Below, one piece after another: positions 12,906 through 29,952 of a stretch of 64,000 nt of DNA. Position numbers and translations under genes: made by a program. This stretch comes from Phaeosaccion multiseriatum. Taxonomy: Eukaryota; Protista; Ochrophyta, other classes. The notes beneath the pieces are model-generated. The model saw nothing but the letters and a program-made list of their open reading frames with translations, was not told the origin of the DNA and made no database searches. The stretch spans positions 3,224,001 to 3,288,000 of the forward strand of contig OZ218954.1 in NCBI GenBank assembly GCA_965112735.1. The letters run 5' to 3'. The first letter of the stretch is position 1, and every line of letters begins with the position of its first letter.

Positions 12906-15900
12906 ATGAGTGGATCAGCAGAGCTGGCGTTGGGGGAGAGCGTGGACCTGGGTCTGGCCGACTCCGTAGAGCTTGTGGGGTCTCCCTTGCGCACTGAGGG
13001 TATGATGTCTCCTCTCAGTGGGGAGGAACAAGACGGAGAGGAAGGCGGAGAGGAGGGCGCCGAGGAGGAGGGCGAGGAAAGCGGAGAGGGGGGCGCCGAG
13101 AATGAGGAGGAGGGAGGAGATGCGGATGAGGAGGTGGTGGCGAAGGAGGACGACCACGAGGAGGAGGATGAGGGGGAGGAGGCGGAGGAGGAAGAGGAGG
13201 AGGACGAGGAGGTGAATGACAAGGAGGCGGAGACGGAAGAGGAGGGGATGGAGGAAGAGGACGAAGAGGAGGAGGACGACGAAGAGGTGGACGCGAAGAA
13301 ACAGGAGGGGGAGGTGGAGGATGTGAAGGAGGAAGAAGAGGAGGAGAAGGAGGAGGAGAAGGAGGAAGAAGAGGAGGAGAAACAGGGGCAGTGGGCCGAA
13401 GGGGGGAATGAAGAGGAGGCTGAGCAAGCTTCTGCAATCAGGAAGCTGGCCGCAGCGAGGCAGAGGAGAAGGCAGCAGCATGCGCAGGAAGGGGCAGAGA
13501 CAGCAGCGGCCGCTGAAGAGGGGGGGAGCAGCAATAGAGGGGAGACCCTGAAGAGGATGGAGGACGAGACGGAGGAGGAGGCGAAGGAGAAGGAGGAGTC
13601 GATTCAGAAGCTTGCCGCGATCCGCCGGAAGAGGAAGGCTGGGACAAAGAGCCAAGGAGAGGATGCTAAGGTGGAGGAAGAGACGCAAGTGAAGAAAGAG
13701 GAACAGGAGCAGGAGGAGACGGAGGAAGAGGCGAAGGAGAAGGAGGAGTCGATTCAGAAGCTTGCCGCGATCCGCCGGAAGAGGAGGGCTGGGACAAAGA
13801 GCGAAGGAGACGATGCTAAGGTGGAGGAAGAGACTCAGGTGAAGGAAGAGGAGGAGGAGCAGGAGGAGACGGAGGAGGAGGCGAAGGAGAAGGAGGAGTC
13901 GATTCAGAAGCTTGCCGCGATCCGCCGGAAGAGGAGGGCTGGGACAAAGAGCGAAGGAGAGCATGCTAAGGTGGAGGAAGAGACGCAAGTGAAGAAAGAG
14001 GAAGAGCAGGAGGATACGGAGGAGGAGGCGAAGGAGAAGGAGGAGTCGATTCAGAAGCTTGCCGCGATCCGCCGGAAGAGGAGGGCTGGGACAAAGAGCG
14101 AAGGAGACGATGCTAAGGTGGAGGAAGAGACGCAAGTGAAGAAAGAGGAGGAGCAGGAGGAGACGGAGGAGGAGGCGAAGGAGAAGGAGGAGTCGATTCA
14201 GAAGCTTGCCGCGATCCGCCGGAAGAGGAAGGCTGGGACAAGGAGCGAAGGAGAGCATGCTAAGGTGGAGGAAGAGACGCAAGTGAAGAAAGAGGAGGAG
14301 CAGGAGGAGACGGAGGAGGAGGCGAAGGAGAAGGAGGAGTCGATTCAGAAGCTTGCCGCGATCCGCCGGAAGAGGAGGGCTGGGACAGGGAGCGAAGGAG
14401 AGCATGCTAAAGTGGAGGAAGAGACGCAAGTGAAGAAAGAGGAAGAGCAGGAGGAGACGGAGGAGGAGGCGAAGGAGAAGGAGGAGTCGATTCAGAAGCT
14501 TGCCGCGATCCGCCGGAAGAGGAGGGCTGGGACAAAGAGCGAAGGAGAGGATGCTAAGGTGGAGGAAGAGACGCAAGTGAAGAAAGAGGAGGAGGAGCAG
14601 GAGGAGACGGAGGAGGAGGCGAAGCAGAAGGAGGAGTCGATTCAGAAGCTTGCCGCGATCCGCCGGAAGAGGAGGGCTGGGACAAAGAGCGAAGGAGACG
14701 ATGCTAAGGTGGAGGAAGAGACTCAGGTGAAGGAAGAGGAGGAGGAGCAGGAGGAGACGGAGGAGGAGGCGAAGGAGAAGGAGGAGTCGATTCAGAAGCT
14801 TGCCGCGATCCGCCGGAAGAGGAGGGCTGGGGCAAGGAGAGAAGGAGAGCATGCTAAGGTGGAGGAAGAGACTCAGGCGAAGGAAGAGGAGGAGCAGGAG
14901 GAGACGGAGGAGGAGGCGAAGGAGAAGGAGGAGTCGATTCAGAAGCTTGCCGCGATCCGCCGGAAGAGGAGGGCTGGGACAAAGAGCGAAAGAGACGATG
15001 CTAAGGTGGAGGAAAAGACGCAAGTGAAGGAAGAGGAGGAGCAGGAGGAGGAGACGGAGGAGGAGGCGAAGGAGAAGGAGGAGTCGATTCAGAAGCTTGC
15101 CGCGATCCGCCGGAAGAGGAGGGCTGGGACAAAGAGCGAGGGAGAGGAGACAAAGGTGGAGGAGGGGGGGGAAGAGACTCAGGTGAAGGAAGAGGAAGAG
15201 GAGCAGGAGGAGACGGAGGAGGAGGCGAAGGAGAAGGAGGAGTCGATTCAGAAGCTTGCCGCGATCCGACGGAAGAGGAGGGCTGGGACAAAGAGTGAAG
15301 GAGAGGATGCTAAGGTGGAGAAGGAGGGCGAGGAGAACCAGGTGAAAGAGGAGGAGCTGGAGGAGGAGGCGAAGGAGAAGGAGGAGAAGGAGGAGTCGAT
15401 TCAGAAGCTTGCCGCGATCCGCCGGAAGAGGAGGGCTGGGACAAAGAGCGAAGTTGAAGAGAAGAATGTGGAGGAGGGGGAGAAGGAGAAGGAAGAGGAG
15501 AAGCGGGAACAGGAGGAGACGGAGGAGGAGACGAAGGAGAAGGAGGAGAAGGAGGAGTCGATTAGAAAGCTCGCCGCGATCCGCCGGAAGAGGAAGGCTG
15601 AGACGAAGGGCAATGGAGAGGGTGCCAAAGGGAAGAAGGATGAAGAGGAGACCCAGGTGGAGGAGGAGCAAGAGACGGAGGAGGATGCAAAGGAGAGAGT
15701 GGAGTCGAGTAAGAAGGGCGACAAGACCAAGGAGGACGAGGAGGGGGAGAAGGAGGATGACGGGAAGACGGAGAAGGAGGAGGAGCAGGATGGAGCCATA
15801 GCAAAACTAGCGGCGGTGAGGAGGAGGAGAGGGGGCGGGGGCAAGACAGGAGGAGGAGGAGGGCTGAGCAAAGGCACCGCACCTGAGTGCAACGCGGCTT

Positions 15901-16291
15901 CCCAGTCAGCAGAGAGGGGGGAGGTGGGGGGGTGTCTCCTAGTCGAAGAGGAGGGGAGGGAGGGGGAGGGGGAGGGGGAGGGGGAGGGGGGGGGGGAGGG
16001 GGAGGATGACGACTTGGAGAAGTCTCTGGATGGGACCGCGCTCTTTGTACCGCTTGTGCCTCCCGTCGACACGCCCATCCCTGCCATCTCTGTGTTATCA
16101 TACAAAGAGCAGCAATTGGTGGTACAGCAGCAGGAAGAGGAGGACGGACAGCCACCTTCGCAGGTAGCGGGACGAGGAGGGGCATCCTCTGTAGCAGCAG
16201 CAGGAGCAGGAGGAAGAGGAGGAGAAGGGGGGGGGGGTGAGGCGAAAGGAGGGGTGACGGGAGGCGAGAAGAGACATTCACCAGCAGCGGT

Positions 16292-16331
<40 letters not shown>

Positions 16332-16919
16332 ACAGATAGCATAGAGAATGCCGCCGAAAAGAAGGGTGACAACGCCAGGAGTATGCAAGCAGGAGCAGCA
16401 GGAGCAGCAGCAGCAGCAGGAGGAGGAGGAGGAGGACGAGGAGGAGGAGGAGGAGGAGGAGGAGGAGGAGGAGGAGGAGGAGGAGGAGGAGGAGGAGGAG
16501 GAGGAGGAGGAGGAGGAGGAGGAGGAGGAGGAGGAGGAGGAGGAGGAGGAGGAGGAGGAGGAGGAGGAGGAGGAGGAGGAGGAGGAGGAGGAGGAGGAGG
16601 AGGAGGAGGAGGAGGAGGAGGAGGAGGAGGAGGAGGAGGAGGAGGAAGAAGAGGAGGAGGAAAAGGAGGGACAGCGACCACCCCCGAGCACAAGGTAGAG
16701 GACGATGTGGAGCAGCAGGATGTCGACATCGATATTGGCCTCGGGGTGATTGGTCAGCGCTATGCGACTCGCCGTATAGAGGAGGCAAAGGCGTGTGAGG
16801 CTCGACAGCTGACGCTGAAGTTGGCCAAGGAGCGAAAGGCGAGGGAAGCACGGCTGAAGGAGCAGCAGGCGCGCGAGCTTGAGAGGGTGGAGAGAGACCT
16901 GCAGGTGAGGTGTACGATG

Positions 16920-16974
<55 letters not shown>

Positions 16975-17669
16975 TATAATATATATATACGAGTGCTACC
17001 TAGGAAGGGTTAGCAGAGAGGGGAGGGGAGAAGGGTCTGTCTGCATACAAGAAAGAGAGAGAGAGAAAGAGAGAGTGCCGCTGGAGAGGGTGGAGAGAGA
17101 CAGAGAGCGAGATAGAAGTAGCTAGGAAGTGTCAAGTGGGGTAGCTGGGAGGTGATAGGAGGGTAGGGGTAGAAAGGCGTCAGCAGGGGAGGAGCGACAG
17201 GTAGTTGGCGCTCACCCCATGCTCCATCACGAAGTCATATTGATCCTTTGGTCAATACCATTTCAACCCAAACTTCAACTTCACACTTCAACTGTAGGTC
17301 GAGGCCGAGCGCAAGAGAAAGGCCGATGAGCTCGCCAGAGAGCAAAAGGAGAGAGAGAGGAGGGCGAGGCTTGAAGCGCTGCAGCAAAGGAGACCGGTGT
17401 TGGCAGCAGGTGTGTGGGTGGGTGAGGTGGGTGAGTGGGTGGGTGGGTGTGGGTATGTGTGTGCATGGTGTGTGTATGAGTGTGTGGGTCTCTGTGTGTG
17501 GGGGGGGCTGTGTGTGTGCGTGTGCGTGTATATATGTTCATGCGCACGCGCGGGAGTATGTGTATGTGCGTGTGCGTTGGAGGTGTACCGGCAGTCAGTA
17601 CGTGTATCATCGGATCAACTTGTAATGGCACAAGTTTGCTCATCTCCCTCACCCACCTACCCACCCACG

Positions 17670-17724
<55 letters not shown>

Positions 17725-20279
17725 GCTCACTATCCCCCAGTGGGAGGAGGAGGCGTCAACGACATGGACATGAACGGAGGAGCCGCCTCCCCTCCTAGGA
17801 CCGTGCCAGCGTCATGTTCAGCAGCCTCGAACTCACCCCCTCGGCTCTTCCCTAGTGCAGCGATCAAGTCTCGCATCGCAGAAGGGGGTGAAGGTGGGGG
17901 TGGAGCGGGGCAATCCATGTCTGTGTATCGGAGGCGCATCCTTGCTGAGAAGAAGGCAATGAAACAGGCCGCCAAGATCGAGCGTATGCGGCTGGAGAGC
18001 AAAGTGGATAAGGTTGGTTTGAGTTTCAGATTTTTTTTATCAGTCAGTCAGTCAGTCAGTCAGTCAGTCAGACACTCAGTCAATGCCCTGGTGGCGGCAG
18101 TCGCATAGTTGGACAGAGCCTCTCATGTACACACACGCACCCACCCACCCACACCCACATCCACACCCAACCCGTGCCCTGACACCCAACCCCCTCCCTG
18201 TCCTGACACTTAACACCCTCCCTCTGTCCTGACACCCAACACCCTCTGTCCTGACACCCAACACCCTCTGTCCTGACACTCAACACCCTCCCTCCGTCCT
18301 GACACCCAACACCCTCTGTCCTGACACCCAACACTCTCTGTCCTGACACTCAACACCCTCCCTCTGTCCTGACACCCAACACCCTCTGTCCTGACACCCA
18401 ACACCCTCTGTCCTGACACCCAACACCCTCCCTCTCTCCTGAGACCCAACACCCTCTGTCCTGACACCCAACACCCTCCCTCTGTCCTGACACCCAACAC
18501 CCTCCCTCTGTCCTGACACCCAACCCCCTCCCTGTCCTGACACCCAACACCCTCCCTCTGTCCTGACACCCAACACCCTCCCTCTGTCCTGACACCCAAC
18601 ACCCTCCCTCTGTCCTGACACCCAACACCCTCCCTCTCTCCTGACACCCAACACCCTCCCTCTGTCCTGACACCCAACACCCTCCCTCTGTCCTGACACC
18701 CAACACCCTCCCTCTGTCCTGACACCCAACACCCTCCCTCTGTCCTGACACCTATCACCCTCCCTCTGTCCTGACACCCAACACCCTCCCTCTGTCCTGA
18801 CACCTATCACCCTCCCTCTGTCCTGACACCCAACACCCTCCCTCTGTCCTGACACCCAACCCCCTCCCTGTCCTGACACCCAACACCCTCCCTCTCTCCT
18901 GAGACCCAACACCCTCTGTCCTGACACTTAACACCCTCCCTCTGTCCTGACACCCAACACCCTCCCTCTGTCCGGACACCCTTAGGCTCGGCAGTACGGA
19001 GAAGATGTCCGTCGCCAAGCTCGGGAGGAGATGGAGGCTCGGCAGCAAGGAGGTAGGCCGGGTGGGTTAGACTATGGAGGAGGGGGAAGAGCTGTGAAGC
19101 GAGGCACCGGCATACGGGGGGAGGAGGGGCACGGAGTATTCTCCTTTGGCAAGGATGGGAGGATGAGGATGATCAGAGACAAGGGTGGCACGCTGAGCGA
19201 GGAGGAGCAGCAGCAGCAGCGTCGGGTGTTTGAGCATCGGCAGCGGCGGGCGCTCCAGCAGCGGCAGCAGCGGAATCAGGATGAGCAGCAGTTGGTGGTA
19301 CAGCAACAGTTGGCGCTACAGCGACAGCAGCAGCGGAATCAGGATGAGGAGGAGGAGGGGGGGGGGGGGGTGGGGGGTGGTGTCCTTCCCCAGATTGGGC
19401 CCCAGATTGAGCCCCAGACTGGAGTGGGACGTTCGATCAGGGGCAGCGGTAGAGGAGCGGGTTCGTCTCGGCTCTTTGATCGAGAGGCATCAGCTGCAGC
19501 AGTTGGTGATACGGCGCATTTGAGCTCGACGAGTGCCAGAGAGGGGCGGAGCACTCGATACCTGCCCCCCGGGAGGGAGGGTGGAGCGGCACCAAGGGGG
19601 CCTACCCAGATGCAACGAGTGAACTTCGGTCAAAGCGACGATGGGGGGTGGGCAGAAGGAAGAGGAGGAAGAGGAGGAGGGGGGGAGCAGGAAGAGGAGC
19701 TGGTGGCGGGTTTCGGGAGAGGAAGCACTGTGATGCGAGGGCGCCTCAGCTCGAGAGAGAAGGTGGAGCGATGCAGGGTACAGCGAGAAAAGGTGAGAGA
19801 GTCTCAGAGTGAATGTGGTAGAGCTCGTACCTTCTCCTCTGCTCTTTTCTTACTCTCCCTCTCTCTCTCTTACCCTCCACTCCCCCCCCTCTCCTCTCCT
19901 CTCCTCTTCTCTCCTCACTTCCCTCCTCTCCTCTCCTCTCCTCACCCCTCTCCCCTCGCCGTCCGTCGCTCTCCCTGTCTCTCTCCCTCTCTCTTACCCT
20001 CCTCCTTCCCATCCGCTCCTCTCCCCCCCCCTTTCCTCTCCTCCCACCCCCTCCCCTCCCCACTCCCACTACAACACGCACAGGCGACTCTCGAGCTACG
20101 CCAACGACGAGCCCGGAGAGAAGAGCATGAGCAGGACAAGACGAAAGGAGCAGGAGGGGGAGGAGGAGGGGGTCCAAACCTCGTGCTTGACGTAGGGAAT
20201 GATAAGCCGGCGCCTCCTAGCGGAGTCCGGAGAGAAGGGGGAGGAGGGCGCAGTGGGAAGTACAGTCAACACCACCACC

Positions 20280-20311
<32 letters not shown>

Positions 20312-20932
20312 GAGCAGCAGCAAGAGCAGTTGGTGATACAGCGGCAGGAGCGGCGTGGGAGTGGGGGTGAGGGTGCGTTGAGCCCTGTGGAAGTGTACGA
20401 AGAAAAGCTTGCTAGGATTGAGCGCAAGGCCGCAGAGGCGAGAGAGAGAAAGAAGAACAAGATGAACCAGCAGGGCCCTAGTAAGGGCCTGGCAACTCAG
20501 GGAGGGCATCGGCATAGCGTTGTTCATGGTCATAGCAGTAGTAACAGGCCAGACCAACGGGGCTACGACCATGATGATGACGTTGACGGCAATCACCACC
20601 ACCATCACAACAACAGCAACAACAGGAACAACAACAGGAGCAGCAACATCAGGGATCGCGACAGATACGACGACGATGATGGAGGAAGAAGGGGAGAAGA
20701 AGGGAACAGCTTCGGGGTACAGCATCACTATTCGACGCAGAAGCTGAAGCAGAAGCACAGGACGCAGCAGCAGCGGCGTCAATACTACGACGCTGACGAC
20801 GGCGGCGGAGGGGGTGATGACGATGATATAGGCCTTCTTCCTGAGCAAGATCGGCTCACAGAGACGTACCGGGCTACCTTTGAAAGCAAGTTCAACAAGC
20901 TTCAGGCCGAGGGCGGTCCAAGGCGGTTCTGA
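12906..20932 (+). CDS. Large Glu/Lys-rich tandem-repeat, predicted coiled-coil protein of unknown function (5 exons)
   Basis: 4-kb first exon (12906-16903), then frame-consistent exons ~17298-17409, 17740-18012, 18986-19791, 20084-20932. About 14 copies of a 49-53 aa unit (EEEAKEKEESIQKLAAIRRKRRAGTKSEG…), a poly-Gly tract, and a C-terminus …FESKFNKLQAEGGPRRF. No family recognised. Confidence 0.7.
13560..15600 (+). repeat. Coding minisatellite, ~147-162 nt unit x ~14
   Basis: Anchor gattcagaagcttgccgcgatcc at ~13601, 13751, 13901, 14048, 14195, 14342, 14489, 14639, 14789, 14936, 15086, 15245, 15398, with a variant at ~15560. Confidence 0.95.
16420..16989. repeat. Coding (GGA)n poly-Gly tract (16420-16660) and intronic (TA)n (16922-16989)
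   Basis: Direct inspection. Confidence 0.9.
18176..18982 (+). repeat. Intronic minisatellite, 22/26-nt unit CTGTCCTGACACCCAACACCCT(CCCT), ~30 copies
   Basis: The tandem array runs up to the acceptor CCCTTAG at 18985. Confidence 0.95.
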
Positions 20933-20950
20933 CCTCACCTGGACGGACCG

Positions 20951-21250
20951 TCTGGCGGCTGATCGGACTGACTGACTGATTGATTGATTGACTGACTGAC
21001 TGACTGACTCACTGACTGACTGACTGACTGACTGACTCACTGACTGACTGACTGACTGACTGACTGACCGGCCCTCTGGCGGCTGATCTGCTCTCACTCA
21101 CTGTCTTACTCTCTCTCTCTCTCTTCGAGTATCGTAGTACCTTAACATAAATAAATGCAAACTTCAAATTGAGACTGACTGACCGACCGACCGACCGACC
21201 CGACGGACGGACGGACGGACGGACGGAAGGACGGACGGACGGACGGACTC
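20951..21250. repeat. (GACT)n and (GACC)/(GACG)n tracts between convergent genes
   Basis: (GACT)n 20966-21068 is flanked by the direct repeat TCTGGCGGCTGATC at 20951 and 21075. Confidence 0.85.
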
Positions 21251-21389
21251 CATCCCTCGCACGCGTATCGCATAGTTCTGAGGAGATGGTTTCGTGGGTA
21301 GACGAATCAATCAATCAAGTTGTCGAAAGGCCTTCGAAAGAGAGAGAGAGGTGGATTGGTTTATTGACCCAACGATAGGGGAGGATCTT

Positions 21390-26578
<5,189 letters not shown>

Positions 26579-26760
26579 GAATCTGTCCAGTGTCCTCCGA
26601 CAAAAAATGATACACTCTGTAGAAGGGCGGTGAATTCGAGGTTGACCAGATGGCACTTGACGGCGCCTTGGGCACCATGGGCATTCTCTGTGAACAACAT
26701 TTAAGAAAAGTAAAAAACAAAAGCAAACAAACAAACAGCAAAAGCAACAGTAGCATTGCA
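26579..26760. promoter_or_regulatory. Probable bidirectional promoter, USP/TMEM234
   Basis: Only 182 bp separate the divergent ATGs; A-rich core at ~26700-26745. Confidence 0.55.
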
Positions 26761-27662
26761 ATGATCCTTTCCTTCCTATTGGTGGGGCTGTGCTGGGGCT
26801 GTACAAATCCGCTCATCCAAAGAGGTGAGCTTGACACGAAGAATATCTCCTTCCTCTTGAGTCCTTCCCTCTTCCGAAGCGCCTTGAGCTGCAGGCCCCA
26901 GGCACCACCAGGCACCCCAAATCCTTCTGCTTTGTGCGTGCGTGTCCCTCCTTGCCTCTACCTCACAGGCACAGAACAACACGGGGCACAGGCAGGTGGC
27001 AAGCTGCCACCCCCATCCGAGAGAGGAGGAGGAGGTTGGAGAACGCCATACCGTGCCTTGGCGGGACTACTGGCGCCCCTGAGAAGCCTTGTGCAGATCA
27101 AAGCGCTGGTTCCGTATGCAGTAAACCAAGGCGGCTCCCTCCTTTACTACCTGCTGTTGTCTTCATACGGTGCGTTACTTTACTGTGTGCGGTACCTATT
27201 CTACATCGTACCCTTGATATAGGAGGCCTTGCGTGCGCCTTCGCTGAGCTCTTGGCTCACTCACCCCTCCACCCCTGCCTGCCTCGTGCAACCTGCTGCC
27301 AGCGGTCATCCGTTTGCGCCCTTGCTTCGCATCTGCACATTTCAATGCTGCTCGTTCCGCCCTCTCTCACTCACTACCCCACCCCTAGCCCCCAACCTCT
27401 GCACAACAACAACCAAACCCACACCTGTGCGACCCTCCCTCCCTCCCTCCCTCCCTCCCTCTCTCCCACCCATGTAGAGATCTCCATGGCCGTTCCAATC
27501 TGCAACAGCCTCACTCTCGTCATCACGGCAGCGACGAGTCTCTACCTCGGAGATCGCTTCTCCCGCCCCGCTTGCGCCTGGAGCGGCATTGCGTTGGTCT
27601 TGCTGGGCATCACTCTCTGTGTCGCGTCCAAGGAGAGAGACAATGGAGGCAAGGGGGGCTGA
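26761..27662 (+). CDS. TMEM234: TMEM234-family small membrane protein (3 exons)
   Basis: MILSFLLVGLCWGCTNPLIQRG | …VPYAVNQGGSLLYYLLL | EISMAVPICNSLTLVITA…GIALVLLGITLCV matches the TMEM234 signature motifs. Introns ~26825-26968 and ~27170-27477. Confidence 0.9.
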
Positions 27663-29952
27663 TTCTGTATAAACATACAGTATATATAATTGGGGGGCTG
27701 ATTCTGTATATACATAGAGTATATATAATTTGTTTATATATACCATGTATATACCTCTTGAGGCCCCCTTGGTGGAGAAGCCGGTGTGGACGGTGGGCCA
27801 GCAGCAGCAGCAGCAGCAGTTGGTGATACAGCCGCCGGGAAATCCACGTGGCATTGACGTGGAGAAGGGGGTGGCGGGCGGCAGTGTCCTTGGATGAAGA
27901 GGGTCTTCGGATATGTGATTGATTTGCTGCCACTGATTGCGAAGTGAAAGGCCAGCAGAGAAGAGACTGGAAAGGCCAACAGACGACAAACCCCACCCAA
28001 CAAGCGAGATGGAGGACGAGCAGACTGCGAAGTTGTTGGTTGAGCAGCGAAACTGTCCATGGACTGCCATCCATCGCTTTAGTGGAAGGAAAGCCCTACA
28101 TGTATGTATACGGACAGCTCGATTTACAGCAACGCAGCTCCGCAGCCGGCAACGGGGCGAGTGTTGTTGTGGCATGTTGGCGCGTTGGCCGATCCTCGAG
28201 GGCTGGTTGCGCTGAGGCAAAGAGGTGCCGACGGAGAGAGGTGGGCGAGTGGTCACGAGCGGCGCTGCACTCTCACTGCTTTACTGCTCTCTGGGTGGAG
28301 AGGGGGAGGCAACACTACTCAGCCTCCTCCTCCGGTTTCGCTTTGCTGCTGACGCGCTGCAGCAGGAGGGTGAGCAATGCAGCGCAAGTCAAGATGGAGA
28401 GCTTTGTTGGTACGTATTTGCTGATCGTAATCACGACGGGTAGCGTCAAGAGCGTGCTTACCCGGGGGAGCTGAGCACAGAGAGGAGGTCCGGCATCAAT
28501 AGCAGCAGCAGAACTTCTGAGACGGGCGGTGGCAGTGATAGCGGAGGAGACAGAGGGAGTAGTGGGAAGGCATTCGGAAAGAGAAAGAGGAAGCACGAAA
28601 CGCTGTTTGACGAGGTGAGGGCGAAGCAGGCCCTGCAGGCAGCGGCCTTGTTCTGCATCGAGGCCATGTCGAGAGGGAGGTGAAGGCGCTCATGGCTCTG
28701 TACGAATTCGAGCTGACCAAGGAGGCAGACGAAGAGCCGCCCAGGAAGTGAAGCAGAAGAGTGGGCCGTTAGCGGAGGCGTTGCTATTCTGTGTGTTTTC
28801 ATCCGTAACGAAGAGGTTCAGAGGGGCCGATGATGACCTTTGATGAAGCCGTTTGCCCCCCTTTCTCCAATCATCAATCGGGCGGGGGGCAAGGACCGGC
28901 ATTGAGGGACGATTAGAATGTTGGAATGTGATGTGTCCATTGTATGGGCACACTCCGCATCCACTGCCAATCACAGATGACAAAAGGGGGGAGAAATACT
29001 TCACTCTCTTCGATCCAGCCAGAGCTTTCCTCTTTACGTTTGCTACAAGGTATATTGTATATGCCAGATACGCTGCAGCGGATTCAAGAGCGGCAATGTG
29101 AGGGGGGGGCGGGGGGGGGCGTCGGTGTGGAGGAGCTTTCGTTGGTGCTGGCAGCCGTGCTGACCACCATCGCTTTGACTCACTGAGGGATGAGCAGCGC
29201 CACACCAGCTTGTTGGACAGCGACAGGGGAAAAGTTGAATACAATAGTTGACTGCTGGACAACGGTGGAAAAGAATTTGTCACGAAGATGAAACAGGGCA
29301 AGGACACGGACTTGCTAACTGTTGATGAGTAAGTTTTTATTTGTATATCCCGCTTTTGCTTTCCACTCTGTTGCCTGCCTTTGGCTGTCGAGTAGAGGCG
29401 CCTCTCCGGACTCCTTCAATAGAGTACATACGCACGTACCCCTTCAGCGCCACCGTGTGGCGGTAGCGGCTCAACTCCATTAATAAGCTGGCGCAGATAT
29501 GCAGCAGCAGCAAACTAACCAAGGCAGCAGTCGTTTAAGCATCACACACACAACATAAATACACCTCCCTCTCTACTCTAAGAACAAATACAAAGTCCGG
29601 GCTCTGTATAACCAACACACACAGCTGACACACATGAAGCTTGAAGCTCTGCCTGCCACTGCACAGGGTAAGTACGTGCTTTCCCGCTCGCTCGCCTCTG
29701 TCCAATCTTCAAAAGCACTCACCCCATGTGCTTCCTTCTTCCTCCCTCACCCCATCCGGTAAAAATACATTGAAAACGCGCCTGGTTGCTGCGTGTGCGT
29801 GCGTACATGAATAATTGTGCATGAACGAAAAAAAAAATAGAATGCCTCACTCACTCCACGGGAAGGGGAAGGTCTTGATACGGCCTTGGTCTGTTGGCAG
29901 GTGGCTTGGCCGTGTGTGTGTGTGCGCGCGCGCGTCTCCTAGCGTGTTGCCT

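Noticed and set aside
13560-15600. Repeat-spacer-like periodicity
   Set aside because: The whole unit is repeated and in frame; it is a coding minisatellite.
12896-16851. Long antisense Leu/Ser/Pro-rich ORFs
   Set aside because: Shadows of the purine-rich Glu-repeat exon.
18176-18982. CRISPR-like regular repeat
   Set aside because: Head-to-tail units with no unique spacers, no cas genes, located in a eukaryotic intron.
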